DNA from: Tubulanus polymorphus
Lineage: Eukaryota; Animalia; Nemertea
Length of the DNA: 64,000 bases
Assembly (NCBI RefSeq): GCF_964204645.1
Contig: NC_134036.1
Span: 1,364,001 to 1,428,000 of the forward strand
Reading direction: 5' to 3'
Shown: positions 36,379 through 49,843 of the stretch, in pieces
Numbering within the stretch: the first letter of the stretch is position 1
Layout of the letters: each line of letters starts with the position of its first letter
Made by a program: the position numbers and the translations under genes
Notes under the pieces: generated by a model
What the model saw: the letters and a program-made list of their open reading frames with translations, nothing else
Database searches by the model: none
What the model was told of the DNA's origin: nothing

Positions 36379-39300
36379 ATGTATCGTGAAAGAAACATCT
36401 TTCGTTTTCTGTTGTTGTTGATTCTATGTTTATTCATCACAAACACATCAGGTGAGTTAATCAATACTCATTGGTTCCAGAGCTGTAAAAAATGCGGAAA
36501 TCGTAAATATTGTACGATTTCAATCCATACGAGAGCATCGATGATAACCAGAGAAAGAAGAGAATTATTGTTGGAGAACAGCATAATATTTTTAGAGAAT
36601 ATTTTTGTAAAATAATCTTCTTTTTGTCATTTCAGCGAAATGTTTTGGCAAGAGTTGTACTGGTTGGGAGTGTCATTGCAATAATACAGCCGTGGACGAA
36701 TGTCCAATGATAGGTCAGAATATAGATGGCGCTTTAACGTGTCCAAATCCTAACACTGCATGTGAGTCTACAATAAGAACTCCGTATCCCTGGACACCAC
36801 CAGGATGGACCGGACCAGCTTGTCAAATCGGTAAGGTTTCTGTTTCTGCTCCAGTAAACCGGGGTCAGGTCAAATATCACTGAACCTCGGATTTATATCA
36901 GATTAACGGATTAACTCCGTAAAAGCCTTTACAAAAATAAATCTAAAGGAAATACAAGAATGTTGTAAATTTCATTAGATTTATCTCAGATTAACCGAAT
37001 AACACTAACACTAATCCTTATACGGATTAACGTCACTAATCCGTAAGCGGGAAAAAATCTATTAGTAAAAATATCATAGATTTATGTAACACCCGGGAAC
37101 TGTCGACGAACTGAGATCAACTCTTAATTATTTTGTCGCGTAAAGAAAAAAATGTTAGTTTTGTTTAATTCTAGTTGAAATCATGAAATAACTATGAATC
37201 AATTTGTTTTTGTTCGTTTTGAAAAATCGTGAAATAATTCAAATCTCTTATTCACAAAATGTGTGTTGTAGGAAACGTGGCTCGTGGTAAAACAGTTACA
37301 GCGTCATCCGCTTACATGTGGGCTGGTGGGTATAAATGTACAGATGGTCAGATGGTAGGAAGAATAGATTACGATCTATGCCACACTCGTTCAGATCAAA
37401 ACGCCTGGATTAGAATTGATCTCGGAACTCAATACGTGGTACATGAAGTTACACTTTGGGATAGAACAGACGCGACGAGCTGCGACCAGCCGTGGAGTGA
37501 GTACATATTATCATTATTGATTGTTTCATTGATTATTTCAGTCAAATCTGATAGAAAAAAATACAACTAGCTGGAAAAGTCTCGTTAAATATAAATTCCG
37601 TCTAGTAGATGAAATATCTTCAAAACTAACCAATCATTGATGGATTTTAAATATCCCGGACTCAGTTCCACAGAGTTTTCAGTTACCCTACGTTTAACCA
37701 AGATTGAACTCTACCGAAATATCTATCTTTATAATTAGAACTCTGAGTCATCAATAATCAATAATCTGTAAATAAATTCAGTTCGACAACAATGTGTCTG
37801 TGGTATCCATGGATGACAACTTTGTAATAAATGCGTCATTGGAAAATTTTGAATCAATTTTTCAAACGTGTTAACATTTTCAGTCGATGACTATGAATTT
37901 GTTTTAGGGGCCGTGCGCCTGTCGAAAACAATTAATTTATTTTTATATTTCTTTTTCAAAGAATTTGAACAGAATTGTTTTGCACCCAAAGCAATCTTCA
38001 GCTTCCCGGATGTCGTGCATTATTATTTGTTTTCATCTTTCAAAGCTTCTTAATTCTTTTTCTCAGAAAAACGTTCGCGCAACCTGGAGATTCGAGTTGG
38101 AAATGAATATGGCACCAATACAAGTATTTCTACATCTAACCCGATATGTGCTTACCAGGGGCCCCCTCTCTGTGGTACGCATAAAACATTAGAATGCAGC
38201 CCAGGTCCTATAGTTGGACGATACGTCACCGTTCAACACAAGAACATTGGTAGGCCAGAGTATCTCAACCTGGTAGAAATAGAAGTCATCGGGTTCAAAT
38301 ATATCGGTAAGTTTACATGACTATATATATGTGTAAACTATAAAGAGTATGAAAATGAATTTTGCTTTTCTTGAAAATATTCAGTGACTTTTATATAGAA
38401 TTTACCCCCGAACGAAAAATTTTGAAATGAAAAGAAGTCTCCCTTTATTACCAAAGTTTTGTTTTTAAGCACCCATTCATTTATGGATTTATCATTGTTA
38501 AAATTATATCGATTTATAAAAATATTCAGTGACTTGTAATGAGAACATATTTCCGAAAGATCGAATGATTCATATTTTTCGTATCAAATTTGAATTTCTG
38601 TTTAGCACCCGGTGATTGCAGTAAGGGATCGAACTCATTTGGATGTATGATTGAATGTAGATGTTACAACAATGAAAGTTGTGACTATTTGAGTGGTATC
38701 TGTCAATCTGGCTGTTCACAGAATTACATCGGAAAGTGGTGCGAGTCAGGTATATTACACTGAATCAGAGATTCCTTAGAATCTCGGTCCCAACTGTAAA
38801 CGACTGAAAGTAAAGATCCTTGTTCATCTAAAACTAACATCGATCTATTTTCAGAATTTAAGTTGTTTTCGCTATTAACAGAATCTGCACTGACAGATAA
38901 CAGTGTAAAAGTCAGTTGGACAGCTTACTCGGGTTCTGTAGTAGATTCAGGACGTGGTACTGTCAGCGTTCAGTATCAAGTCGTTTATCGTAAGATATCA
39001 GAAAACACTTGGACTAATCGGGAATCTGCAGGAGTCCTTACACATCACACAATTACTGGTTTAACTCATAATACCGAGTATAAGATAGCTGTTAGACTAC
39101 AGAAATTAGTGAACAGTCAACTTATATCAACTGCGAGTCTGACTAGTACAGTATTAACTTTGTGTGCAGGTAAAACCCCTCATTCTAATAAACTCTTAAA
39201 CTGTAAATGAGTTAAACATGTTGCTGTCGTCATCAAGTAGATGTCAATTCACAGAATCGCATTACTTAATTTGTGTTTGGTGTTGATTTCAGTACCAGGA

Positions 39301-42300
39301 CCTCCCGCTTCTCTCGACTTCTCATTCACGAGGGATACATTGAAAACTACATTGACATGGACTTTACCAAACAGTCCAAATTGTGATGTCATCAATTATC
39401 GGGTAGGAATTAACTTGTCCTGACCAGTAGAGGGCACCACCAGCTCTATACTGTAACATGTCTCCTATCTTTTTTTCAGCTCACGTGTGAACCCATCAGT
39501 ACAACTTCCACAACACCTTTATCAGATATAAAAACAATCAACAAACCTAAAAACGAAGGCTCCATCACAACTTTAGACATAACGACGTCACTGATACCTT
39601 TTACTCAATACAAATGTTCAATTTATGCCTGGAATAGAAAAGGTGAAGGGTCACCTGCCAGTGTTAGCTTTTGGACAGGTGAGTAATTTGAACCCAATGA
39701 CCTCAAGTATTCATTGAAGTCACTTGTCAACATTGTCACTTACTGATATTTCAGGTGAAATAACAATTCCTCAACTGGTTGTCAAGAAAGCAGCAGTAAC
39801 AGACACGACTGTTACACTTCAAATAACACGTGTTAACACTGGTAACATCACGTAAGTGTCCTCTTATTTTCATCTATAAATACCGCATGATCTTATAAAA
39901 CAATTTTGCTCTGATTTTCAGCGGTTACGAGGTGATCGTCAAGAAACATAATGAAACAATCAGCCGTCGCCGGAAGCTTACAGTCAACCAATCACAGTAC
40001 GTCTCGTACGAAGAAGCTAAACAGCGAGGATTATCAGTTTATATTACTGCAGTTCTACCACCGGAAGTGCCCTCTGAGTTTACAGTTGGTGATACACGTA
40101 ACTATAGTGGTTACTTTAATGCTCCTCTAGAAACTGGAAAATCTTACAGTTTTATTCTAGGAATCGTTGTCAATTATAACGGAGTGAGTTCATCTAGTGT
40201 TTCAATGCAAATTGTAGTTTCCAATTTGGAGGTGACTCTAGCCATTTTTTTTTTGATTTTTCAGGAAACGTTTCGGCATTATCCACCAATAGAACAGCAA
40301 GAGAGAATCATTGTTATAGCACCGTCTAGTAAGGCAGGGATAATAGGTGGCGTTGTTGCAGCTGTTCTTATACTGTTATTGGTTGCTGTTGCTCTATATA
40401 TTGTTTGGAGGTACGAGCGAATAGTGGCGACCTCTATAGTCCAATGCAAATCATTTGACAATCGCCCAATGCCCCTATTCTCACAAATGTTCTCATTCAG
40501 TTACCCACTATATGGACGCCTTAACTTTTCAGACGCGGTGGATTCAAAACTAAACAAACATCGAACAATGCAGAAATATCCATGGGGAATATTTCACCTT
40601 CTGATAAACGTATTGAAATACCTTTGGCGAGAGAAGAAGCAGAGGCTGTTTATGTGAATTGTCCTAAATCACCGAGACATGAAAATACAGCTAGTGCAAA
40701 TGCTGCATTTTCAAGAGGTTTGTCTCAAGACCGTGAGGTTTTGGAAAGTTGAAGCCTAATAATGTTTTAACACTATGATTCTTGTCTATATAGAAAGCTC
40801 CGCGTATTTCAATATCTATGACGATCCGAATGCTGTATGCGAAACGCAAGATGGCGAGGATCATCACTACGAAATCGCTTCTAAAGGCGCTACTATGATT
40901 TGTGACCTGTTGGGAGATACTTTGATGAAAACCTCTGATGAGTGGAAGAACATGAATGAAGAATTTCAGGTAAAATTGCAGGGAGGTTGCGACTACGCGT
41001 CGGTTAGAGATGTGATTATTTTTTGGATCTATTTTGTCTTTAGAGTGTTCTCAAGTTGAGACGAGGATTGAGCGCCTGCGCTGAGAAAGTGGAAAATCTT
41101 GAGAAAAACAGGTTTCCAAACATTTTGGCCTGTAAGTATTGCCTGGTCATTATATAGACATGGGTTCTGTCGTAAATACAAGAGTTGTCTTGTGAAACAT
41201 CTCTATTGACTTTCATTGACTTTGAGTGGTTTTTTCTAGATGATTCGACTAGAGTTGTTCTGGAACAAACCGGTAAAGATCCAACATCAGATTACATCAA
41301 TGCCAATTATATTCGGGTAAGGAATCAATCCTTCTATGCTCTTGCAAAGGTTTTCCTGTCCTCCTATTGTATATAAACCGAAATTCTGAATTTAATTTTC
41401 AGGGACTAACTGGTCATGTGATATGTATTGCTTGCCAGGGTAAGTCTCATGATTCAATTGTTTCGTGTTACTTGTGCACTCACTCATCTAACTTGCTCTT
41501 TCAGCTCCATTGCTATCTACAATCAATGACCATTGGCGGATGATTTGGCAAGAGAAATGTCCAGCTATTATTGTACTCACCGACCTGACTGAAGGACATG
41601 GCAAAGATAAGAAGGTGGCAAAAATACTCTAAGATGCTGAAGCGTAAACAGGCAAAATGTAGAAAAATAAGTACCGTTGATTTTTAACTTGCAGGTGAAG
41701 TGTCATTTATATTGGCCAACAAAACTGAACACGAAAGGTCGATATGGAGATATTACAGTGACAGTTGCAGAGAAAATGGAAACACACACTGAGCCTCCGG
41801 CTGCCGTACATTTCTTGTCCATTACAAAGGTAATGATCATGTCATTGCTTTATCATGAGTGACCTAGTGTTGGTATTTCTGCTATCTATAAGCTTGGTTC
41901 AGATATCGATTTTAATAGACTCTCCCGATGAGTAACTTTTCATTTATTTCATAGCGTGGCCACAAAGAAGCACATAATCTGTTAGTTTGTCACTATCGAG
42001 GATGGCCGGATCATGGTGTACCGTTCCCGGCTTCATCTGTTGTTCGTATGCAACAGTTCATCAAACAGCGTCTTACCGACCCGGATCAGGGACTTGTGCT
42101 GATTCATGGCAGGTAAATTAATTCGAAAATCTCCCAGTCCTTTACTGTTAAGGACAAGTTTAGAAATGTTATTGTTTGTGTTGTGTTCTCAGTGCTGGTG
42201 CTGGAAGGACAGGTTGTTATATCGCAACGGAGCAGCTTCTTGAAAAAGCTAAGAAAGATGGACTCGTTAACGTATTCGACATGACTAGGAAATTACGACA

Positions 42301-43976
42301 ACAAAGACCAGAAATGATCCAGAATATGGTAAAATCTTAATAAATGTACTGCCTCTCATTTCACGTTTCCAAAATGGATAACTACAACGTGTTCCTTATT
42401 ACTATCTACTTCAGAAACAGTACATTCTCGTGCACCAGATTCTACTGGAGGAACTGGTACTGGGACCGGTGGCGTACCCGACCACGAGTTTCAGAGAATC
42501 ATACGAGGAAAGAAAGGCAATGCGTCCTGTATCTAGAAACGTGTCTGATAAAATAGAGGAACAATTTCTTGTACGTATTAAGATCGGCCAAAATGAGATG
42601 AAGGGTTTTGGATAACAAACAGATGGCAGCAATGAATCCATTGACCCAGATAAACTAGATTTCAATTTTTTTTTCCTTGGTTTGGTTTTGAAGAAAATAA
42701 TTACCCAATGCGTTGTTTTCTGATGCAGGTTTTGAAGGCATCGACTCCGATTCAGGACGAGGAATCACTAGCAGTGGCCAAACTACTCAACAATGTTAGA
42801 AAGTCTCGATACAAAGACATCCTTCCCGAGGCACAGTATCAACCGCAACTCTCACATAAAGGGTTCATTAATGCTACATTTGTGCACGTGAGTTTGATTC
42901 TAATTTAATAGCTATCCGTGGAATATCCGGTGGAGGGGGGCATTAAGCCTCGATAATCTTCAGTTGAGATATCGATAAGTTATAAGAATCTGATTGAAAT
43001 ACTTTCCTTTTTATAGACGATCACAGATAAAAACGTGTTTATAGCTACACAAAGTCCACTACAAACGACAATTACTGACTTCTGGCAAATGATCTTTGAC
43101 TATAACTGTGAAATTATTGTAATGATGCATCAAGAATATCCACAAGATCCGGTAAGGTGTATTCCTAGTCTAGCATCTAGTATACATAGGTCTGCTTTGT
43201 AGGTATCTTTTTCCAGAATTCACCTTCTGATTTCAGACATATGCAAACTATTGTCCTGCAGCTGGAAGTATCAAATTCGGTCCTTTTACAATCACTGTGG
43301 AGGAGGTATCATTGCCCTGTAAGACCATCGTTCGTCGAGATTTGATCCTCCAAAAACACAATGTATGTTGAGTTGTTTCGGTATCATCTATTCAAAGATA
43401 GTATTTTTCGGAATTTCCTTCGACATTGCTATTTACTATGACCTGATCAGATCAATTGTATTTCTTTGATTTCACAGAAATCGCATCAGATTCGTCAGAT
43501 CCAGTTTTTAGGATGGCCTGAGGATGAGTCGGTTCCTGATTTACAACATCTATTCGAGTTTGTGAATCTAGTTACAAGAGAACACGTGACCAGTCCTATT
43601 GTTGTACATTGCATGTTCGTATCTTAGCAACATCAGTCAATTATTCAAAACAATATCACATATTCTATCGATAATGCAAATTTTACAGGGACAGCACAAC
43701 GAGAGCAGGGCTATTTTGTGCGGCATTTGAACTGATCACCAAGGCGCCATCTAGCGAACAAATCGATATTTATCACTGTATACAAAAACTACGAATGACT
43801 CGACCTCAATTCATTCCAAATTTGGTAAGAAATTAATCGATTTTCTTTGTATTTTTACGAGTAATTTTATTGATGTATTTTTCTTGTTTTCGTATTCATA
43901 GGAACAGTACAAGTTTCTACACGATCTGGTGATATTCTATTTACAAGGATTCGACACTTATGTGAACCTTAGTTAG
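36379..43976 (+). CDS. F-type lectin/EGF/FN3 receptor protein tyrosine (pseudo)phosphatase, copy 3
   Basis: Lectin exons 37272-37496 and 38067-38306, furin site altered to RRRKL, D1 IHGSAGAGRTG (GGC at 42108-42110), stop at 43974-43976. Confidence 0.88.
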
Positions 43977-46900
43977 AATTATGATTCGAAATGCTGAAGA
44001 AAAGCAAACAATCAGAAAAGGGAATCTGAGTAAAGGCACCTGAACTGCTACTTTACACCTGGCATTAACCGAGTGATGGCGCCACTAGCTCGAACACGAG
44101 GCAACGAAATTCACTTACTAGTTTAATCATGAATCTTTTTAAATCGTTTTATTCAAAATATTGCTCGGACTCTTGGACATAAAGATTAACGTACTTTTCG
44201 TATTGAGGAACCTTAGGTCTACTCCAGAAACTGTCCGGTTTTATTGTGTTTATGTTTACGATTACTTTTTTGTTCATGAATATATATTCATACATAATTC
44301 ATATATCAGCTATCTAATTATGTATCTATAAAACTGAGTGTTGTATTACGTTATAATTTCAATGTAAATAAAGATATATTCAGATATTTTTCAAAAGAAA
44401 TAGATTTCAATATAAAGGTGATTAATGTAATTATCACTCTTAATTAGATATTCTTAGTTAATCTAAAAACTCATATTTGTAATCACCGCGTTCACATCGT
44501 GTATCATCCACTTCCTTCCCTTACTGTTATCCACCTATCCACCTAATATACATATACACTAGTAAAAGCGAAAGCTCGTAATTTCTAGTATAAAATCAAA
44601 ATAACTACTGACAGTTAGTTGTTACCTGTTGTCACGTTTATTGATTATACTCACAGTCCTTATATGAATATAACTGATTATTTTACTTTCATAATGAACT
44701 CGAATATTGTACATAATCTAGAATAAAATATGTAGATTTTTACTGATTTGAATTTGATGTTTATTTTTGCACTTAATGTTTTTATTATTGTCTTATTTAA
44801 CAAAAGAAAATTCATTTCCGGAAATACATTCGGTGCTTTCTGTTTTATTTTGTTTTGTTCTTGGTTTTTTTTACAAAAGGAAAGTCTTTCATGAACTCAT
44901 AGATTTACTTTAGAAATAGTTAACCAAAAATACTTCTTTTTCTGATGTTGAACAAAAGACATGATAAGCCATTTTTGAAATTTCAACAATATGATTCATA
45001 TGATACATTGGTAATAATGAATTTAGTTTATTAGGAATGGAGTCTTCTTTTGTGGTTGGATCAACACAAAATAATCACGGAGATTATAAAGCACGTAATG
45101 ACTTACGATTCCGGGGGTCAGTTGGTTAGAGTTAATCAGTGGATCTTTGACCAACTTTTGAGCATTTGTGGCTCATAACATGCTTTAGAATATTGTGGTG
45201 ATTTTTTGTTGTCAAGTTAAGACATTCTATTCTGATATCGCACTACGTGTATTCACGAAGATTTACAGCGCGATTTACAAAATAAAACATCACGTATCAA
45301 AAACTTCCGAATGAAAATAATTTCTAAACTACATAAAAATCATTCAAATGGTTGTCTGTACTTCATAATGCAAGGTTTCTCATCTTGTTGACTGTAATAA
45401 GAGTAACCAACTGCACACGTTTGACGCCCAATGTTCATTTTCCCATTTAACTTTTTCCAATAATTTTCCAACAATTTTCTTCGTAATAGAACATATCTAT
45501 CTTGAAAAGAGGAAGTTGTCGCAGAGTTTTTCACTGATCGCCGTTCAGACACGTCTTCCTTTGAACGACGAAGTTTTCTGTTTCAAACATAAAATACGTA
45601 AATCGCAATTTACTTCCTGGTAGACCGGTAGGTGACGCTTTCGCGGATTTCACAGATGCGACGCATACATTCATTTAACACCGTGCACCTTTTATATTGT
45701 CAGTTATATAATACACTCCTGAATAGGAAGACGTTTTTTTTAAACTCATGTGACCGAACGTTCAAGTATTATACATCAGAAAGCAGTTTGCTCGTACATT
45801 GTAACATCTTTTTGCGGCGTTAAAATCTACTTTCTTAAGGTTTATTTTCGCTCTGCTATTGTTTTTATTAGCGTTACGAAGGTCAAGTATCTCCATCGCT
45901 AAAGGTAAGAAAAACTAATTCTATTCTATCATCTTTTCGTTTTTTTTATTATGTTTATACAATTCACTATAGTTAGGCTGATATAGAATATTTATACTCT
46001 GTTTCTCCTAATCGGCTGAGGGTCACATTCGTAAAACATGATGAAATTTGTAATCAGTTCATTTCTATAACTGTCGGGTCTGTTATTGTTAGATTGATCA
46101 TGATTTTAAAAAAATAGTCATGTACAGGGTAGATAGACGGTCAATTTATGAGCTCAGTAGAAATTTGAGAAACAAGGTAACAATTTTTGTAGCCTAAAAT
46201 GCGAACCTTTGTAGATAGATCTTTATTGAAAGGAGGGGTATAGACCACGGACTTTAAATTAACTTGGGTTAAGCTCAGCAGAAATGAGAAACAAGGTACG
46301 AATTTTTAGCCAGTGTAAATTAAAGCTTATTCGGTTGACCCAGTTTTTTTTTCAATTGTTGAAGTTTCTGAAAAAGCTTGTCTGGTAGGCTATCATAGAA
46401 TCGAAGGTACATGTATTCTATCATAGTGATTACATATGGCCAATGGGTTCGTTTTCCCCCGTTAACGATCCTAAACTGACCACTAGTAGCCCCTAGACAT
46501 CACGGTGTTATCATCCAAGATATTTGTTTGTATACTATTTCTATTAAAGGCTTTGTGCGGTTACAGTATGTATAGGAAGGTAAGGATTAGCATCTACATT
46601 TTGTGGGTCGATTCAGACTCTGAATTCAGTTTTCATTGGTTTAAGTGACAGTGGCAGTTAAGGACCACCATACCGGTATTGTTGATAATAGTTAATTCTC
46701 AGAGGCAGCATATTAATAGTTTTGGAAACACTGATACGTGCGTTTAGTTAATATAATCCTGAAGCCGGGTCGTGCTACAGATTTAATTCTACATGCTCAT
46801 AATCTCGATCGCGGTTTAACTGTTTACAAAACGGACTAGAATATCAAACGTCTTGTCCACTCACAGCGGTACCTGCGATATATTCTAAATCAGTGTTCAT

Positions 46901-47827
46901 CTTCATTACAGAAGTGTTTGCCAATGATGTCGGTGTTGTTGCTAATGACGCAGTGCACATGAATATATGGTAAATAAAATCTACTAGGTTTTCGCAATGT
47001 CGTTTGGGAAAGGGCAAACGGCTATCTTAGAATTTCCACTTGTAAATGGGTAATTTTGTAAATTGTTTGTTAATTATTTCTAGGACAGCAGCAGAACTGT
47101 ATAGTTGTGCTGTGTGCGTTGGGCTTTACAAAGCAAATCCATGTCAGTAGCGATATCTATTTTCAGTTCCACCCGAATTCATTGTGCTGACTGAATTTCC
47201 AAACGGTCAAGTTGTCCAAGGCACATCGAAAACTCTGACTCCAGTAACCCAGAGTTTTCAATTGTCTGGGCGTACAGATATGGGGTATCGACATGGACAA
47301 ATGTTTCACACAACCCAGCAGTCAATCATAAACCTGGTCCTCACAGTGGTCGGGTATCTACTAGTAGTTTGGTAGTTACAACCGATAAGGATAAAATGGA
47401 AGGCAATACAGATGTACTGCTTATCAGAACGGTGTGTCTTTTCATGTGGTCACCAACTCCACGACACTGTCAGTATTGTGTAAGTGACGTTTATAACACC
47501 TTAAACAACATCATTTTTCTTTTCTATTTTATCAAACTTTTTTTTCTATATATAGGTTATATTATATTTCTAAAATATTCTTCTTTCCTGTAAAATGAAA
47601 AGTAGATGTTTCATATTCTATAGATTCGGCAGATTCTGTTTCGCTGACTCCAGTAAACTCTGTCGTAAGGGAAGGCGGCTCGATTCGGTTTAACTTTGCA
47701 GCAACTGGTGGAAATCCTGATAGTTTCACTTTCGTATGGCAATTCTCAACTGTTTCGGGTTTCTGGAAATCAATCGGATCCACGAATGATTATTTAGCCC
47801 TAGATAATGTATCAAGAACTGATTCTG

Positions 47828-47965
47828 GGGCTGGTTGCATAGTCATGGCTTAGACTTAAGACTAGTCTAAGACCAACTTAGTTCTATAGCCAATCTAACA
47901 ATTTAAGACCGGTCTTATGATTTAAGACCATTTTTGGACTTAAGTCATGACTGTGCAACTGGCCC
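47828..47965. mobile_element. 138-bp MITE, same insertion as 4640-4777
   Basis: Same TIRs and same insertion site. Confidence 0.85.
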
Positions 47966-48641
47966 CAGGACAATATAGATATAATGCGACCAATACAGGA
48001 GGTTCTACTTTCAGTAATATCGCTACTGTCGATGTTCAATGTAAGTAACCAGCCAATAAAGAGTTTTCCAGTTTCTAGGCACCATTATCCTGTACCCATT
48101 TATAAGGACTCTCAGATTATGGATGAATACAGTATTTAGAATGATTCTGATAATGTGACCAAAAACTTTTTCATTTTTCACAGATGCACCAACGCTCTCA
48201 GAGAAACTGAAACCTGTAGCCGCAAAAATAGGGGAAAGCGTTAGATTTATGATAGGCTACTATGCAAATCCGCAAGCGACGAGTTTAAACTGCATCCACG
48301 AGTTCATATACAGAACTAATTGGTTCAGATTAGATATAATGTGCTGGGAAGTTACTATCGAATCAGTCCAGGTGTCTGATTATGGATCTCATTCGTGTCA
48401 ACTGAAGAATTCGATCGGTAGCCTGGATATTATTACATTGGATATCCTTAAAACTGGTAATTACTGTTCCGAATATTCTCATCGCTAATATTCCCCATTA
48501 ATATCCACTTGCGGCTAACTAACAGCTGTGCAATACAAAAACAAAAAATGGCGAAAGTTTGTGTTTTGTAAGATGCTCAGCTAAATGAAGAAATCCCACA
48601 CTTCGAATTTAAAATTATACGATCAAATTTATATTATGAAA

Positions 48642-48683
48642 CCACAACGTTTCGGCTGTTGACTAACAGCCATCATCAGGTGG
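48642..48683 (-). ncRNA. Hammerhead ribozyme motif, spacer 4
   Basis: Identical to 5454-5495, with the same TSD. Confidence 0.8.
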
Positions 48684-49843
48684 AATGCTCAGCTATTCGT
48701 TGAAACTAATGACCTATCCTCGAACCGATCTTTGCACTTCTACTGTTTAAGATATTGAAATTTCGCGTTTCAAACTTAATTTCTTCATTCAGTCGATGAC
48801 AATGCGTGGACCGTCACGTCTTTAGTCCCGCTGATAATTGCTGGAGTGGTTCTTGGTAGCATTGCGTTCATTCTGATCGTAATATTTCTACTCGTGTATC
48901 CGATAAAACAACTCAGAAACAGAGGAAATAAATCACGTGGAATGTAAGTTTTTATGGAATCATTTTGTTGTTGTCGTCCCTTTAATTGTTTCGCACCAAA
49001 TGCCACCTTCTTTTTAAATGACAGAAAACTCATCAATAACAGATCACTAATACATAACTCATCAATTACAGATTAGTTTGATTTGGTTCGAATCCCATTA
49101 GTCCTTCAAACCGACTATTTCGGTACCGTCTATTCAAAAGGTATTTGCTGAACCCAGAAATTTGAAGAATTGAAAAAATCGAGTTAAAATCGTCACTCTT
49201 TTATTTCAGTAAAACTAAAGATTTAACGACAGGTAAAAATTATTCATATAGAAATATGAATTTATTTTCTAGACTTCTAAATATTGAATGTTATTATTTT
49301 GACAATTTCATCATTTTTAAACGTATTTTTATTATTACAGTTTATCGAAACAATGACCCGGATTCACGTATTCATACAAGGAAGTAATGATAGGAAAAAA
49401 TGATCCATGATTTTAATGATTTTAATTGGTGATCAATTAGCTTTGTGGTCACCCTATTCAGCTGATGCCTTTTTTTCTGATACGGGGAAAACCAATGGTT
49501 TGTCTCATTTTACACGAAAGGGGTGTCATGTCTATCGTGCTAAGGATTTAAGTGGAGTTAATCCGTTAACACTATGGATTAAACTGTTTTTTTTCTTGTT
49601 TTGATAATTTGTTCTTTTTACTTTCAAAGATTTTTTCTTTTATTTATTTTTTTCCTACTCAGTTAACGGTGACCCTTGATGTTCTGTTCTGGCCTCCTTC
49701 CTAACCTCCCCCTCAGAGCAAAGTAAACTAGCAAATCTGAAATTTGTTTAAACTTCCTTTAAAATGATTTATTTGAAAATCAAAAGGAAGTTAATTGCAT
49801 AGATATGTGAGCGATATCATATTGCGTCATTCAGACAGACAAA

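Larger units (their letters stand above)
47167..49387 (+). pseudogene. Decayed Ig-TM gene, spacer 4
   Basis: Nearly identical to spacer 1, including the Cys->Phe and Cys->Tyr changes. Confidence 0.78.
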
